From Paragordius varius (lineage: Eukaryota > Animalia > Nematomorpha): DNA of 64,000 nt. Position numbers and translations under genes: made by a program. The stretch covers positions 10,292,001 to 10,356,000 of the forward strand of contig OZ176052.1 in the NCBI GenBank assembly GCA_964247055.1, read 5' to 3'. The notes under the pieces are model-generated. The model worked only from the letters and a program-made list of their open reading frames with translations. It did no database searches and was not told the DNA's origin. Below, one piece after another: positions 25,327 to 36,515 of this stretch (the first letter of the stretch is position 1; every line of letters begins with the position of its first letter).

Positions 25327-27232
25327 GGGCCTGCTGAATAAAAGCTAGTATATACTAAAAACTAGGTTTTTTTCAGTATATACTAGCTATGTATTGAATA
25401 AAAAAATATATTGCTTTTACTGTCCAGTACCTACTATGTTTACCAGTATATACTGACAAATATCATTGAATAAAAATTGTCTTTTTACAAATTTTACCTA
25501 GTACCTACTGGTTTTTTTTAAGCTGGTAAATCGCAACATTTTAAACTATTATTTTTCACTTACAATAATATCGATTATATTTTTATAAAAATATTAAGAT
25601 ATATGTATTTTTAATAAATATAAACATATCAATATATTTATTAAATATCATTTGTTATATTAATAAAAATTTTTTCCTTCTTTTTGAGCTTTGTGAGCTA
25701 AATTTGCAGTGATATCAGTTCCTTGTAGGTGGATTCTTTATTACCTTTCCAAAATTATATAAACAAATACTCGGTTTTGATTCCTCCGTGTCTGATTTGA
25801 TTTCTATTTTTAAATTATAATAATTATACTCGGATTTTCTATGTCATCATCTACATTATCAATCAATATTTCCCCGTCTAAATATACCGCGCCCTGTATT
25901 TTTTCAAATATAGGTTTTTCTGTATCAAAAATTAATGATTGTTTCCCAGGTTTTTAAATTGTTTTCATTCAAGATTTCGAAATATCGAACTTTAATTTGA
26001 TTTGTGATTTCATGTTGTTGATTTTTTTCTGATTTGGGATATGTTCATATATTTGTCATTCATATTTTTAATTTGGATTTGTATTTTTTTGTATACTTTG
26101 TATTACTTTTGTTAAAAAATATTGGATTTTTTCGAGAATGTCCACAATTATATCATTTTCTTCCGTCATTTCTTTTTTGTGTAAGAAATTTGAGTTTCTT
26201 TTTTTGTGTAAGAAATTTGAGTTTATATTTATAATGACTGTAATTTTATGTTATAAACATTTAAATTTTATATATTATATATATATTTGTATGAAAATAT
26301 TTGAATGAGGCTATTTTCTATAAACCATTTATTTATTCAAAATCGATTTATGACTAGGATAAAATGACCTTTTCATATTTTGCATAGGTTAAACATTATA
26401 TATATCTGTTAAAAGGATTATTATCATACGCAAATTATCCTTCCTTTTTTAGTGCATAATAGACTTTTGTCCTTGTTACGTTAAAAATTTATATTACCTT
26501 GGTTGTGAATGCATATTATTTTAGTTATACTTATTATCTTTAACAAAGTTTAAATCAGACAACTTTATCCTTGTAAATGCCTAACCCCCTTCAAAAATAC
26601 GATTATCGATAACGAGAAAAAATTCCATAAATTTCATTATTGTGAAAGAAGCATTATCGAGCGCGGGTTTTCGGTCAAGTGAAGACCCGATTTCCTATAC
26701 TTGGTAACGAAATTCGTTTAAGTCTAGAATGAATCCCAAAACTTATATTAACATGCTCCATATTACATAATGTATCCAAATATCTTAACGAACCCCTAAC
26801 AGATTTCGAAAGTAATTCATATTTTGATATTGAATATGTGGAGGATTGTGAAACAAATAGTGATCTAACCCAAATACTCAAGGCTGGCAAAATTAAACGA
26901 GATTCAATTATTCAAACATTATTTTAATTTATTTTTGTGTATTGATAAATAAATGTGTATTAATAATTGCATATTTAAAATAATGGGTTGATAATCGATA
27001 TTTATTTTCCAAAAGTTAGACTTCAAATTTACATTATAAATTTTTCAAACGCATTTTATGAATGAAATCGAAAACAAACAAAAAAACAAAATGAAAAATT
27101 TTTACACATACTAAAAACTTAAGTACGTACATGATAGTAAGTACCTATTTTTATTCAATGTTTTTTCAAAAACTGGTACATACTATCAAGCACCTACTAC
27201 CCAGTAGGTGCTTGTTTTTATTCAGCAGGCCC
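25327..27232 (+). mobile_element. Internally deleted PIF/Harbinger (PHIS)-type DNA transposon
   Basis: 17-bp TIR GGGCCTGCTGAATAAAA / TTTTATTCAGCAGGCCC, 3-bp ATT duplication (25324-26 and 27233-35), AGTA-rich subterminal motifs and a transposase remnant inside. Confidence 0.85.
26566..26927 (+). pseudogene. Harbinger/HARBI1-like DDE transposase C-terminal remnant
   Basis: Reads YPCKCLTPFKN..NEKKFHKFH..RSIIER, then a frameshift, then VFGQVKTRFPIL..*..LILTCSILHN, matching the Harbinger pattern YP..LTP..E..FN..H...R..IER.FG.LK.RF..L..CC.LHN. Confidence 0.75.
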
Positions 27233-28543
27233 ATTATTCCAAACGGTAAGGCTCTCCCAAAATCAGTATATTCCTGATATATTTTTTCATCAAATATTTA
27301 TTACATCACGATATTTTCAGATTCTGAGCAATTATATTGGTTATGTTTATAAAATATAAATATTTTAACGACAGACCCTTTTTGGCAGCCAAAGATATGT
27401 ATTTGACAATACCGAAATTACTAAATATTATTAAGGATGGTTACATACAAATTAACTCCAAAGCAAATGGGTAAATTTTATTGTTCCATTTCCAGAATAA
27501 ATAAAAAAAAACAAAAATGAATCAAACACAAAACATTTTACGCGCGATGTAACTCTATAAGATTTGTTGGTATACTGATCAAATGACTGTTTTTATATGC
27601 TTGTAAAAAGTTCAAATATGGTTTATTAATCTTATATTCTTGAGTTATATGGTAATCCTTACAATGTTTTCCCCGATTTCGCAGAAAATGTATATTTACA
27701 CTATCAAATACCATTTTTTTAAATAAAAAAATAAGCTTATAACATTAAATATTTATGTAATTTCAATTATTTACCATTTACACCAGGGTTATGTTTGAAA
27801 AAAATCATTGAACAATTCAACACAAATAAAGCAAATATATGCATCTCTATTTACGGATTAGGGTGACTAGCACCGGCCATTTAAAATAATTATTACAAAA
27901 ATAATTTTTTCTCTCCGCATAGTGTCTCAAGATAGGGAAAAGCTTTTTATTGATTCCATAATATTAGCGGCTTCATAATTTTTAAATAGCATCTCGGAAG
28001 CTTTATCAAAGGTTCTTTCCGAATTTCTTCCTCCTGAAAAGATTTGTTTTTATTAGGATTTCTGACATTTTTTAAGTTGTAATATATAATTTTTTTTGAT
28101 CTTTGCTGTATTTCACAATGCAATGTTTCTGGGAATATAATTTTTTTTATAGCTTATACTTTAATTTGGGAATTTCTACATTGTATTTTTAGTAGTTCAT
28201 GTGAAGCTTAGTAAAATGTCTTTGGTCATTTGCTTTTTTAGGCCACACGGTGGAAATGCATATCAAAAATGTGCATTTATCATTATTCATTTATAAAAAA
28301 ATCTACTTCCCATTCATTTATATAACGATATATTTTAGCATTTTTCTGGCTTGAATTTATAATCATAAAAAAATATTAGTTTGAAGTATCTTCTTCTGTT
28401 TTGTTGCTAAATTTATTTCTCAGGAATTGAAAAATGATTTATAGTTTGAATAAAATTATGAATAAATAAATATATTTAAATAATAAATTAACTTAGTTAA
28501 ATATAAATTTTTCTAAAAAAATTTATGAAAATAAATTGTTATT

Positions 28544-29130
28544 TTAACACTTCGATTCAAATTGGGGTATCAAAATACCCCAGACTAAATTTAAATTAGT
28601 ATTTTTAAAAAACTACTGAAGGAAACGGTCTCAATTTAAATTTATGCTTTTATCTTGATAAAAATTTTATAAATATGCCAATATATCTTGATAAAATTTT
28701 GTTTTGAAAAAAAAGTTCCATCTCAAACTACTTGGACGCCATTTTTATTTTACAAAATTTTTGCAAAATATCGTCTTCATTTAATTTTAAGGGTAAAACT
28801 AATAATTTTTTATGTAAATTACATCTAACATTGATAGAAATAGAAAAAGTGGTTTATTTTGTATTATTTTTTAATTTTACAATTTGACACATGTCACGTT
28901 GACGAAATTTTTGCCCTTCGGTTTTAGCTTAAAATAAGTAATATCAAGTATTTTTGAATAAATTTTTTTATATATTTCGGTTTATTAATGTTATATAAGT
29001 GCAAAATTTTGCCATGATTTTGATTCCTTCCATACTTTTTAAAGTATTTGATTCCAAACAGGCCTGGGGTATCCAACTACCCCAATTTGAATCGAAGGAC
29101 TAAAATGAGTGTGTTGTATCCAAGTGTTAA
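28544..29130 (-). mobile_element. MITE family A, full copy, reverse orientation
   Basis: TTAA-CACTTCGATTCAAATTGGGG ... CCCAATTTGAATCGAAGGACTAAAATGAGTGTGTTGTATCCAAGTG-TTAA. Confidence 0.9.
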
Positions 29131-29320
29131 GGGGGAAAAATATTTACATTTTTTTTGAAATTTTCAGGCGGTCACAAAGTCGACCGCGGTCGACCGTTTG
29201 GCCACCCCTCATTTACACTTTCAAAGTGGCCCTTTAACGCTTACACCTCAAAGTAGTCCTTCGACTTTTTAGGCGTATCGCGAAAAAACGTTCTATCTTA
29301 TCATTTTTAAACCTGTTATA

Positions 29321-30570
29321 CCATTTTCCATGAAAAACAACTTTTTTCAACGAAACGCAACATTTGTTCAGGCAGACACAACATTTTTTGGAGCCAGACA
29401 ACATTTCGGAAACGCAACATTTTTTCAAGTAAAGACAATATTTTTTCGAGCAAATGAAACATTTTTTCATCCAAACGCAACATTTTTTCAAGCAAAATAA
29501 CAATATTGTAAAATTAAAAACAATTTTTTTATTTTATGACAATTTGCTTATATATTTATTTATTTAATTTAAAGTTAATGCAATTATAATTTAGCGTTGA
29601 TTATGATTGTTTTATCATCAATATTTGGTAAATGGATAAAACATCATATTTTTGCCCATATAATTGCATTATTTATTTTTATTATTTTTTTCTTATACAA
29701 CTATTTCACTTATAATCTATTATACAATTTACACAAGAGTCTTGAACATTACGTTTGTCATTGAACACCTCAAGTTGGTCCATCAATATATTAATTTTGA
29801 TTCTAACTTTTATTTCCTATCATATTAAACCTATTCACTTTATTTAATTTAAACTTTTAAATAAATACCAGCTTCTCTTCATAAGAACCGCATAACCTTA
29901 TTATTTACTATAAATTTTTTTACCTATTACAAAATATCTAAGTTTTGTGTGTTATTGATTGTATTATTTAGTTTAATTAATAAGTTTATAATATTGTAAA
30001 TTAAAGAAAATTAGTTCGAACATATAAAGTTGTTTTTACTATGAAAATATTAATTTTGAATAAAAAATACGAATAAAGAAAGATATTAGGGTAAATAAAA
30101 AATATATAACTACATACAAAAATAACGGTTGTATGCAAACTGCAAAACATGAAAGAACCAATTGAACTGTTTAAGGACCAAATTAAATGCAATGATACTA
30201 TTGAAGTGCAAATTTCATAAATCGATTGTAAAAGAAAAAAATAATAAAAATAAATAATGCAATTTATGGGCAAAATAAACATGTTTTATCAATTTACCAC
30301 CAAATATTGATGATAAAACAATAAAAATTATAATTCAACTCTTAAATTTAATTACATTAAATTAAAATTAAATAAATTTATAACTAATTGTCATATTTTA
30401 AAAATTGTTGTTTTTGCTGAAATAAATGTTGTCTTTCGTTGACATGTTGCGTTAGGATGAAAAAATCTTGCGTGTTGCTTGAAAAATGTTATTTTTGCTC
30501 GAAATAAGTTGCGTTTGCTTGAAAAAATGTTGCTTTTAGTTAAAAAATGTTGTTTTTGCATTAAAATTGG
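29321..30570. mobile_element. Foldback-like element family D (long inverted arms)
   Basis: Arms about 29321-29700 and 30235-30570 are reverse complements: ~21-bp GCAACATTTTTTC arrays plus a shared unique block (TTTTATCATCAATATTTGGT / ACCAAATATTGATGATAAAA). Starts CCATTTT, ends AATTGG, TATA on both flanks. Confidence 0.75.
29724..30205. mobile_element. Degenerate family C MITE nested at the centre of the foldback
   Basis: CAAGAGTC..TTGAACACCTCAAGTTGGTCC at left and AAGGACCA..TTGAAGTGCAAAT at right; internal blocks match 12277-12943. Confidence 0.65.
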
Positions 30571-31091
30571 TATATCTTTGTTTAACCTAATATCTTTATT
30601 AACCAAAAGTTTTTATTCAAGCCAACGTTTTTTCATTCAAAACATATTAGTTTCTTAACGTTTATTAGAAAAAAATAAGTTTTGAATTTTAATTGCTTTT
30701 GTTCACCAATTAGTGTTCAAAATATTGTTTCAGAAAATTTTGAATGAAAATATATATAACAAGCAATAAATTATGGTTATATGCAAAATTAAAATGTTCA
30801 TAAACTTAAACTGTGAACATAATTAATGTGCCCTAATACCAAATTAAGTTATCGGAGGCTCTTCAAGAAAATTGCATATATATATATATATATATATAAG
30901 CAACTTAACAATCAAAAGATTATCAAAAATTATTGATGACTATATAAATAAGTTTATATTAAATTTAAAACATATAAGCATTTAATTCAATGCATAGTAG
31001 TATATGGACTAATATTTTCATGCAATTAATATTCAAATCAATAGTTTTGTTATGAATAGCATATAAAAATTTCAAAAAAAAATTAATATCT

Positions 31092-31988
31092 TTAATAACA
31101 TTTTATGCCAAGTATATTATTCCACACTGAAATATTATATATATCACCTTTGCGATACAAAAAATATTTTTTTAAGGAAGAGGAAGTGCTAAATTTAGGC
31201 CATAGTTTCTCCGCATTTTTCTGCAACAATTCTCCTATTTTATGATAATTATCAGCAAAATTTGAGGTCCATGGTTTGGTTTGTTGAGGATTTTTATGGT
31301 GATCAATTAAATAAGTTGACAAAAAATCGAGTTGGATAGATTTTTTATGGGTGATTAGATTACCTAAAATGTCTTTATAATTAAGTGTATGATATTCGTT
31401 AGAGGATGATTTAAAATTGCGACGAAACATGTTGGGTAGAAATGAAGAGGTTACTGGATAAATTTCTGTTTTAAGCGTTTTAATGAATGGTAAATGGTGC
31501 AAAGTTTGTATATAAACAAGTTTGGCGGAAGGATCTGTTAACATATTTATTACCATACGCCTTCTTAAACCCATGATATATATCAAAGATACAATCCCTA
31601 TATAATATTTAGAAAGAAATTATTAAAAAAAACGACAAAAAAAGAAATATATACCAAAAAATGCTGCAAACATATCAAACATATCCCAATAAACCTGGTC
31701 ACCTGCTAATTGCAGATACTGAACAATACGTTCAAAATTATCATTGATTGCATGAGAATTATGCTTAATGCCTTCTATATCCATGTTTGAAAGAGGATCT
31801 AAAAATTTCCCATACATTATAATGCTAATAAGACCAGATTGGGTAAACATGATTGTATCATAGAGAAATTTGATTTTTGGATTATTCAGAGAATAGAGTA
31901 AATGTAGGGGTTGAGTATTATAATTGTATGTCGCGGAATAAAAACGTTTAAAAACTACAAAATTATTTTTGATTTTCAGTATCTGCAT
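31092..31988 (-). CDS. Mitochondrial membrane protein, TMEM223/TMEM70/TMEM186-like (279 aa, 2 exons)
   Basis: Exons 31655-31988 and 31092-31597 join in phase via a 57-nt GT-AG intron. Basic, acid-free N-terminus with KRFYSA; hydrophobic segments (TIMFTQSGLISIIMY and MFAAFFGIVSLIYIMGL) followed by RRRMVINML..LVYIQT; C-terminal KYFLYRKGDIYN resembles TMEM223. Family assignment is from pattern memory only. Confidence 0.6.
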
Positions 31989-32197
31989 TTATAATTTCTT
32001 TAGAGTTGATGCCACGCAATTTAAGCTCGTCAATTACGCAACTCTTGAAAATATAACATATTATATACTTTATATTTTTGAAATATTTTGTCACAGCTGT
32101 CGTCTGCTTGATTTTCTAAAAAATTTTGAAACCAAGAATTGAAACATTCGTCGTATAATTTTTTAAGCTCATCGCATTTTTTACTCAAGCTGTTCAT
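31963..32197 (-). CDS. TRIAP1: TRIAP1/Mdm35 twin-Cx9C mitochondrial lipid-transfer chaperone (69 aa, 2 exons)
   Basis: Exons 32069-32197 and 31963-32043 with a 25-nt intron: MNSLSKKCDELKKLYDECFNSWFQNFLENQADDSCDKIFQKYKSCVIDELKLRGI..., giving the MNS..C..LK..YD.CFN.WF..FL and Cx9C..Cx9C signature. Confidence 0.9.
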
Positions 32198-32277
32198 ATG
32201 AAAAACATATAGAGCCGACCATAGAATTGAAATAAAAACGGTAATGGTTATTTTGTGATTTTTTAACACATTATATT

Positions 32278-32853
32278 TTAACACTTCGATTCAAATTGGA
32301 GGATCTAAATACCCAGACTAAATTTGAGTTAGGATTGTTAAAAAACTACTGAAGAAAACGGTCCCAATTTAAATTTATGCTCCTATCCTAAAATAAATTA
32401 TATAAATATACCAAAATATCTAAATAAAATTTTGCTTTAACAGTTCCATGTCAAACTACTTCGACGCCATTTTTATTTTACAAAATTATTACATAAAATC
32501 GTCTTCAATTAATTTTAAAGGTAAAATTAAAGCTAATTTTTTATTTAAATTCCATCTAACATTGATAGAAATAGAAAAAGCTTTTAGTTTGTATTATTTT
32601 TCAATTTTACCATTGCACGCATGTCACGTTGACTAAATTTTTACCTTTTAGTTTTAGCTTAAAATAAGTAATATCATTATAAATAAATTTTTTTATATAT
32701 TTCGGTTTATTAATGATATAAGTGCAAGATTTTGCCATGGTTACGATTTCTTCCATATTTTTTAAAAAATTTAATTTTAAACATGCCTGCGGTATGTAAC
32801 TACCCCGATTTAAATCGAAGGACTAAAATGAATGTGTTGTATCCAAGCGTTAA
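32278..32853 (-). mobile_element. MITE family A, full copy, reverse orientation, 80 bp upstream of TRIAP1
   Basis: TTAA at 32278-81 and 32850-53; same ends and interior as 28544-29130. Confidence 0.9.
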
Positions 32854-33419
32854 TGTTGGGTGTAATTGAAATAAATAATTACCGTTAACTTTTAGCCTTA
32901 TAATCAAATAAACACAAAATTTTAGGAAAGAGTTGCAAGATAAAAATAACGTCGAGGTTGTTTGATATGAGGTTTTTTCAAAAAATAATAATTCTATCTT
33001 TTAGTTTATTTATATATAGAATAGACCCATAAATTTAAATTAATGATCTTCACAAGGTACCCCAATTCAAAAGTGTTAAAATTATCAAACATTATTGTCC
33101 TGTATATAAATAGACTATATTATACAATTTATAGCTGCTAGAGTCTAAAATTGGGACAGCTTCAACACCCAATTGAAATAAACAGCTAATTTTCAAAACC
33201 ATATATATCAAGTGTTGGCTGCGAAAATGTAGCATTCTTCCTAAGTTAATTTACATTTTCTAACCATAATCTCATTATTTTTCTGTTGTATTAGCAATTT
33301 AAAAAATTATGGAAAAAACTACGGCAAAATTCAGAAGAGGACTTTTTTACAATTTTATATTATGTAAAAAAAATATTTTGTATAAGGAGCCGCAAATTCG
33401 GCCTAACACCTTATAAGAT

Positions 33420-34800
33420 ACTAGCGCAAATCCAATGCTGCTACGCAGCCCGAGGAAGTCCTTCGGACTTCTGGGGGGAGGGGGCTTTTTAAAAAAAGGA
33501 ATAAAATGATTCGTATATGTGGATAATTTCGAAACATTATTTAATAGCTATGATCTCGTAGGATTTTCTAAACGTTGCATTCATACTAATATATTGTTTA
33601 CTGGTGTAGAGGCCCCAAATTGACGGCTAACAGAAAAAAGCGCTATACTATAATTTTTACCTTTTTATGGGTAATATTTAGAACCTTTATTGAACTCGTA
33701 TGGCTTCTTAAGGTTTTGAAAATTATTTCCAAAGCCACGCCATTTTTGTATGGTGTCTCAGTTTTAAACCGGTAGACCCCTACCCATAGGCCTATATGGA
33801 AAAAGCGCTAATTTAAATTTTTTGCCTTTATAGGGAAATTATTTGAAATCATCTTTGAAACCATCGTTTCCTGGGTTATTCGAAAAATAACCTCAACACT
33901 AAATAATCGTTATATGTTGGCGTATTTTTAGGGCCTAAAGGCCCCCAATTAACAACTAATAAAAAAAGCCTGACCTTAATTTTTACCTAGTTACGGGTAA
34001 TATTTCGAATTTTAAATGAGCTCATATGGCATAAGTTTTCTTTAAAACAGTTCCAAAACAACGTAATTTCTATATAGTGGCGCAGTTTTTGGCGGGTCGC
34101 TCCCTACCCAGAGACTGATACAAAAAAACACTTGATTAAAATTTTTGCCTTTTTAGATAAATACCTGGAATCATAATTGGTTCCATATGCTCTTATTAGT
34201 TTTTGGAAAAATTGCCTCAAAATTAAAAAATCATACTATGGTGGCGCATTTTTCGGCTAGAAATCCGAAATTTTTGACTTATTACAAATAATACTATAAG
34301 CAGTTATTGAACTTATATGGCCTAATATGTTTTCTGAAATTTAGCCCCAAAGGCACACTCTCTCAATATGACGGATCAGTTTTTAGCGGGTAGCTCCTTA
34401 CCCGGCAGCCAATATAAACGCACGACTAAAATTTTTGCCTTTTAACAGGGAATACCTGGAACTCTTATTTTTCGCCCACGGTCTCATACATTGGGCGAAA
34501 AATATTCAAAAAATTATTTTTGTGGGTTTAATTTTTTTTGAAAAAATACTATTTTACGGGAGGAGCGGGTAAAAACAGGGCCTAAATTAAAAAAGCGAGC
34601 CGACTATATTCGGTGCATTCGAAAATAAGTAAAAAATTATTTGAAATCGAATGATCCAACACGTTTTCCGGAAATTGTCTCAAAGACACGATTTTTGTGG
34701 ACTTCCGTTTTCAAAGAACCCGTTTTTTACACGTGGTCGGCCCGAACTGGGGGCCCAATTCCAAAAAGGGCGATATTGTCGGGGCATTCATAAATGATTA
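33420..34800 (+). mobile_element. Helitron/Helentron-like element carrying an internal ~300-330 bp tandem array
   Basis: Starts ACTAG..GCTGCTACGCAGC. CAGTTTT..CGG..CCTACCC recurs at about 33757, 34082 and 34376, and a second genomic copy lies at 63640-64000. Superfamily assignment is tentative; boundaries are approximate. Confidence 0.5.
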
Positions 34801-34939
34801 TGTTTTTTCGATATTTGGACTTGAATGGGTATACCGGTTTCCTGGAAACAGATCACAAAGCCACCACTTTCCATTTTTATAAAATATAGATTAGAATTTA
34901 AATTTGTTCTGGGTATAAAACTACGTCAAAGGTAATATA

Positions 34940-35260
34940 CTATATCACTGGGGTATACACTGTCCCAAAGGTTGGAGCAGAGATGTTAAACGAATAGTGG
35001 AAAGAATGTCAAAAAATAGGCTACGTTGGTTCGGGAACATTGAAAGAAGAGATTCTAATTATATTGCAAAAATAATAGATAGTCATATTGAGGAAAAACG
35101 AGGACGTGGGCGGCCTATAACTAAAACGATAGACACATTTAAAAGAGAGTTAGCAGATTACGAGCTTAATGCAGAAGACGCCATAGATAGAATTCTATGG
35201 CGAGACAGGTTGTATAACATGACCACTCTCACGAGTGAAAATATGTAACGTAATAATAAG
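34940..35260 (+). mobile_element. RTE LINE 3' fragment
   Basis: RLRWFGNIERRDSNY..EEKRGRGRP..DAIDRILWR, homologous to 7369-7578. Confidence 0.8.
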
Positions 35261-35319
35261 GACCTCAGACTACAAATAAGTTAATCTATTTGAAAACTAC
35301 CGAAAAAAACTGTTCTAAT

Positions 35320-35770
35320 TAAACACTTAATTCAAAGTGGGGTATCGAAATATCCAAGACTAAATTTAAGTCAAATTTTTTAAAACCGAATTAAATTTAT
35401 GCTTCTATCCTAATAAAAATTATATAAATAATAATCTAAAATATATAAATAAAATTTTTTTTTGAAAAAAAAGTCCCATATCAAACTAATTCGACACCAT
35501 TTTTATTTTATAACATTTTTTGCAAAATCCTGTTTATTTGATTATAACTCTAAAATTTAGGCTTATTCTTTCCCATTTAACATTGATATAAACAGAAAGG
35601 TTTATTATGCACTATTTTATATATAGTTGATGTACATATGTCACGAAATTTTTACTTTAAGGTTTATCCTTCAAATACGTAATATTGAGCTTTTTTAAAT
35701 AATTCTTCTTATATTTTTGTGCTTAATTATGTAACAAACTTTTGCATTTGTTTCAATTTTCCATATAAAA
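35320..35770 (-). mobile_element. Old degenerate MITE family A copy
   Basis: AAACACTTAATTCAAAGTGGGGTATC.., CATATCAAACTAATTCGACACCATTTTTATTTT. Confidence 0.65.
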
Positions 35771-36515
35771 ATTTGTTAACAATGTATGCCTTTTTTAATA
35801 GCTTAATATTTAATTATGAAGGTATTTATGGGACTGTTGTTTGAAAGGTATACAAAAGACCTATAAATGATATATTGTTTTAACACTTCATGACTCTTTT
35901 TTATTGTCCGTGGTAACATTTTAGAATAATTTTAATCGCAGTAGTTAATCGTGTAAATAAACTACTGTTTTGAAAGTTTTTTTGAGATTTAATTGTTAAA
36001 CATTGTTCTCCTGTATAGATAAATTTAAGTTTTGCAGCTTCTAGAATATATTAAAACGGCTCCGACTGAACTAAGTAGCTGATTTTAAAATAATTTAATA
36101 TCAAGTTTTTGTGGGTAAATGTATACTGAAAGATTATTAAAGTTTATATTTACATTTTCTAACCAGAATATACCTTAATTTTCGAATTAGCGATTTTAAA
36201 AATTAAGAAAAAAAATCGGGGGCGAAAAAGTATATGATGAGGATCTCTTTAAAATTTACATTTTTTCAAATTTTTCTTGTATTATGCCCTCCTAACGGCG
36301 AAGGAAGCATATTTTAATATTCAGCTCCTTGGATACTTTTTAAGAAATTTAAATTTAATTTTCTGGGATAATTTGTCCCAGGTCATGACTAATATATATA
36401 TTTTATCAAACCTTTTGATTCTTGAATTTAGGCAGTTTTATGTGTATAACGTTTAAGATAATAACATATTTTTTTACTTAAAAGTGTAACACCATCTGTG
36501 GTGAGATGCTGGGTT

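Noticed and set aside
29234-30606. Cys/Lys-rich ORFs 29234-29503 and 30391-30606 (also 47048-47257)
   Set aside because: Translations of 21-bp tandem repeat arrays, whose 7-codon period keeps frames open.
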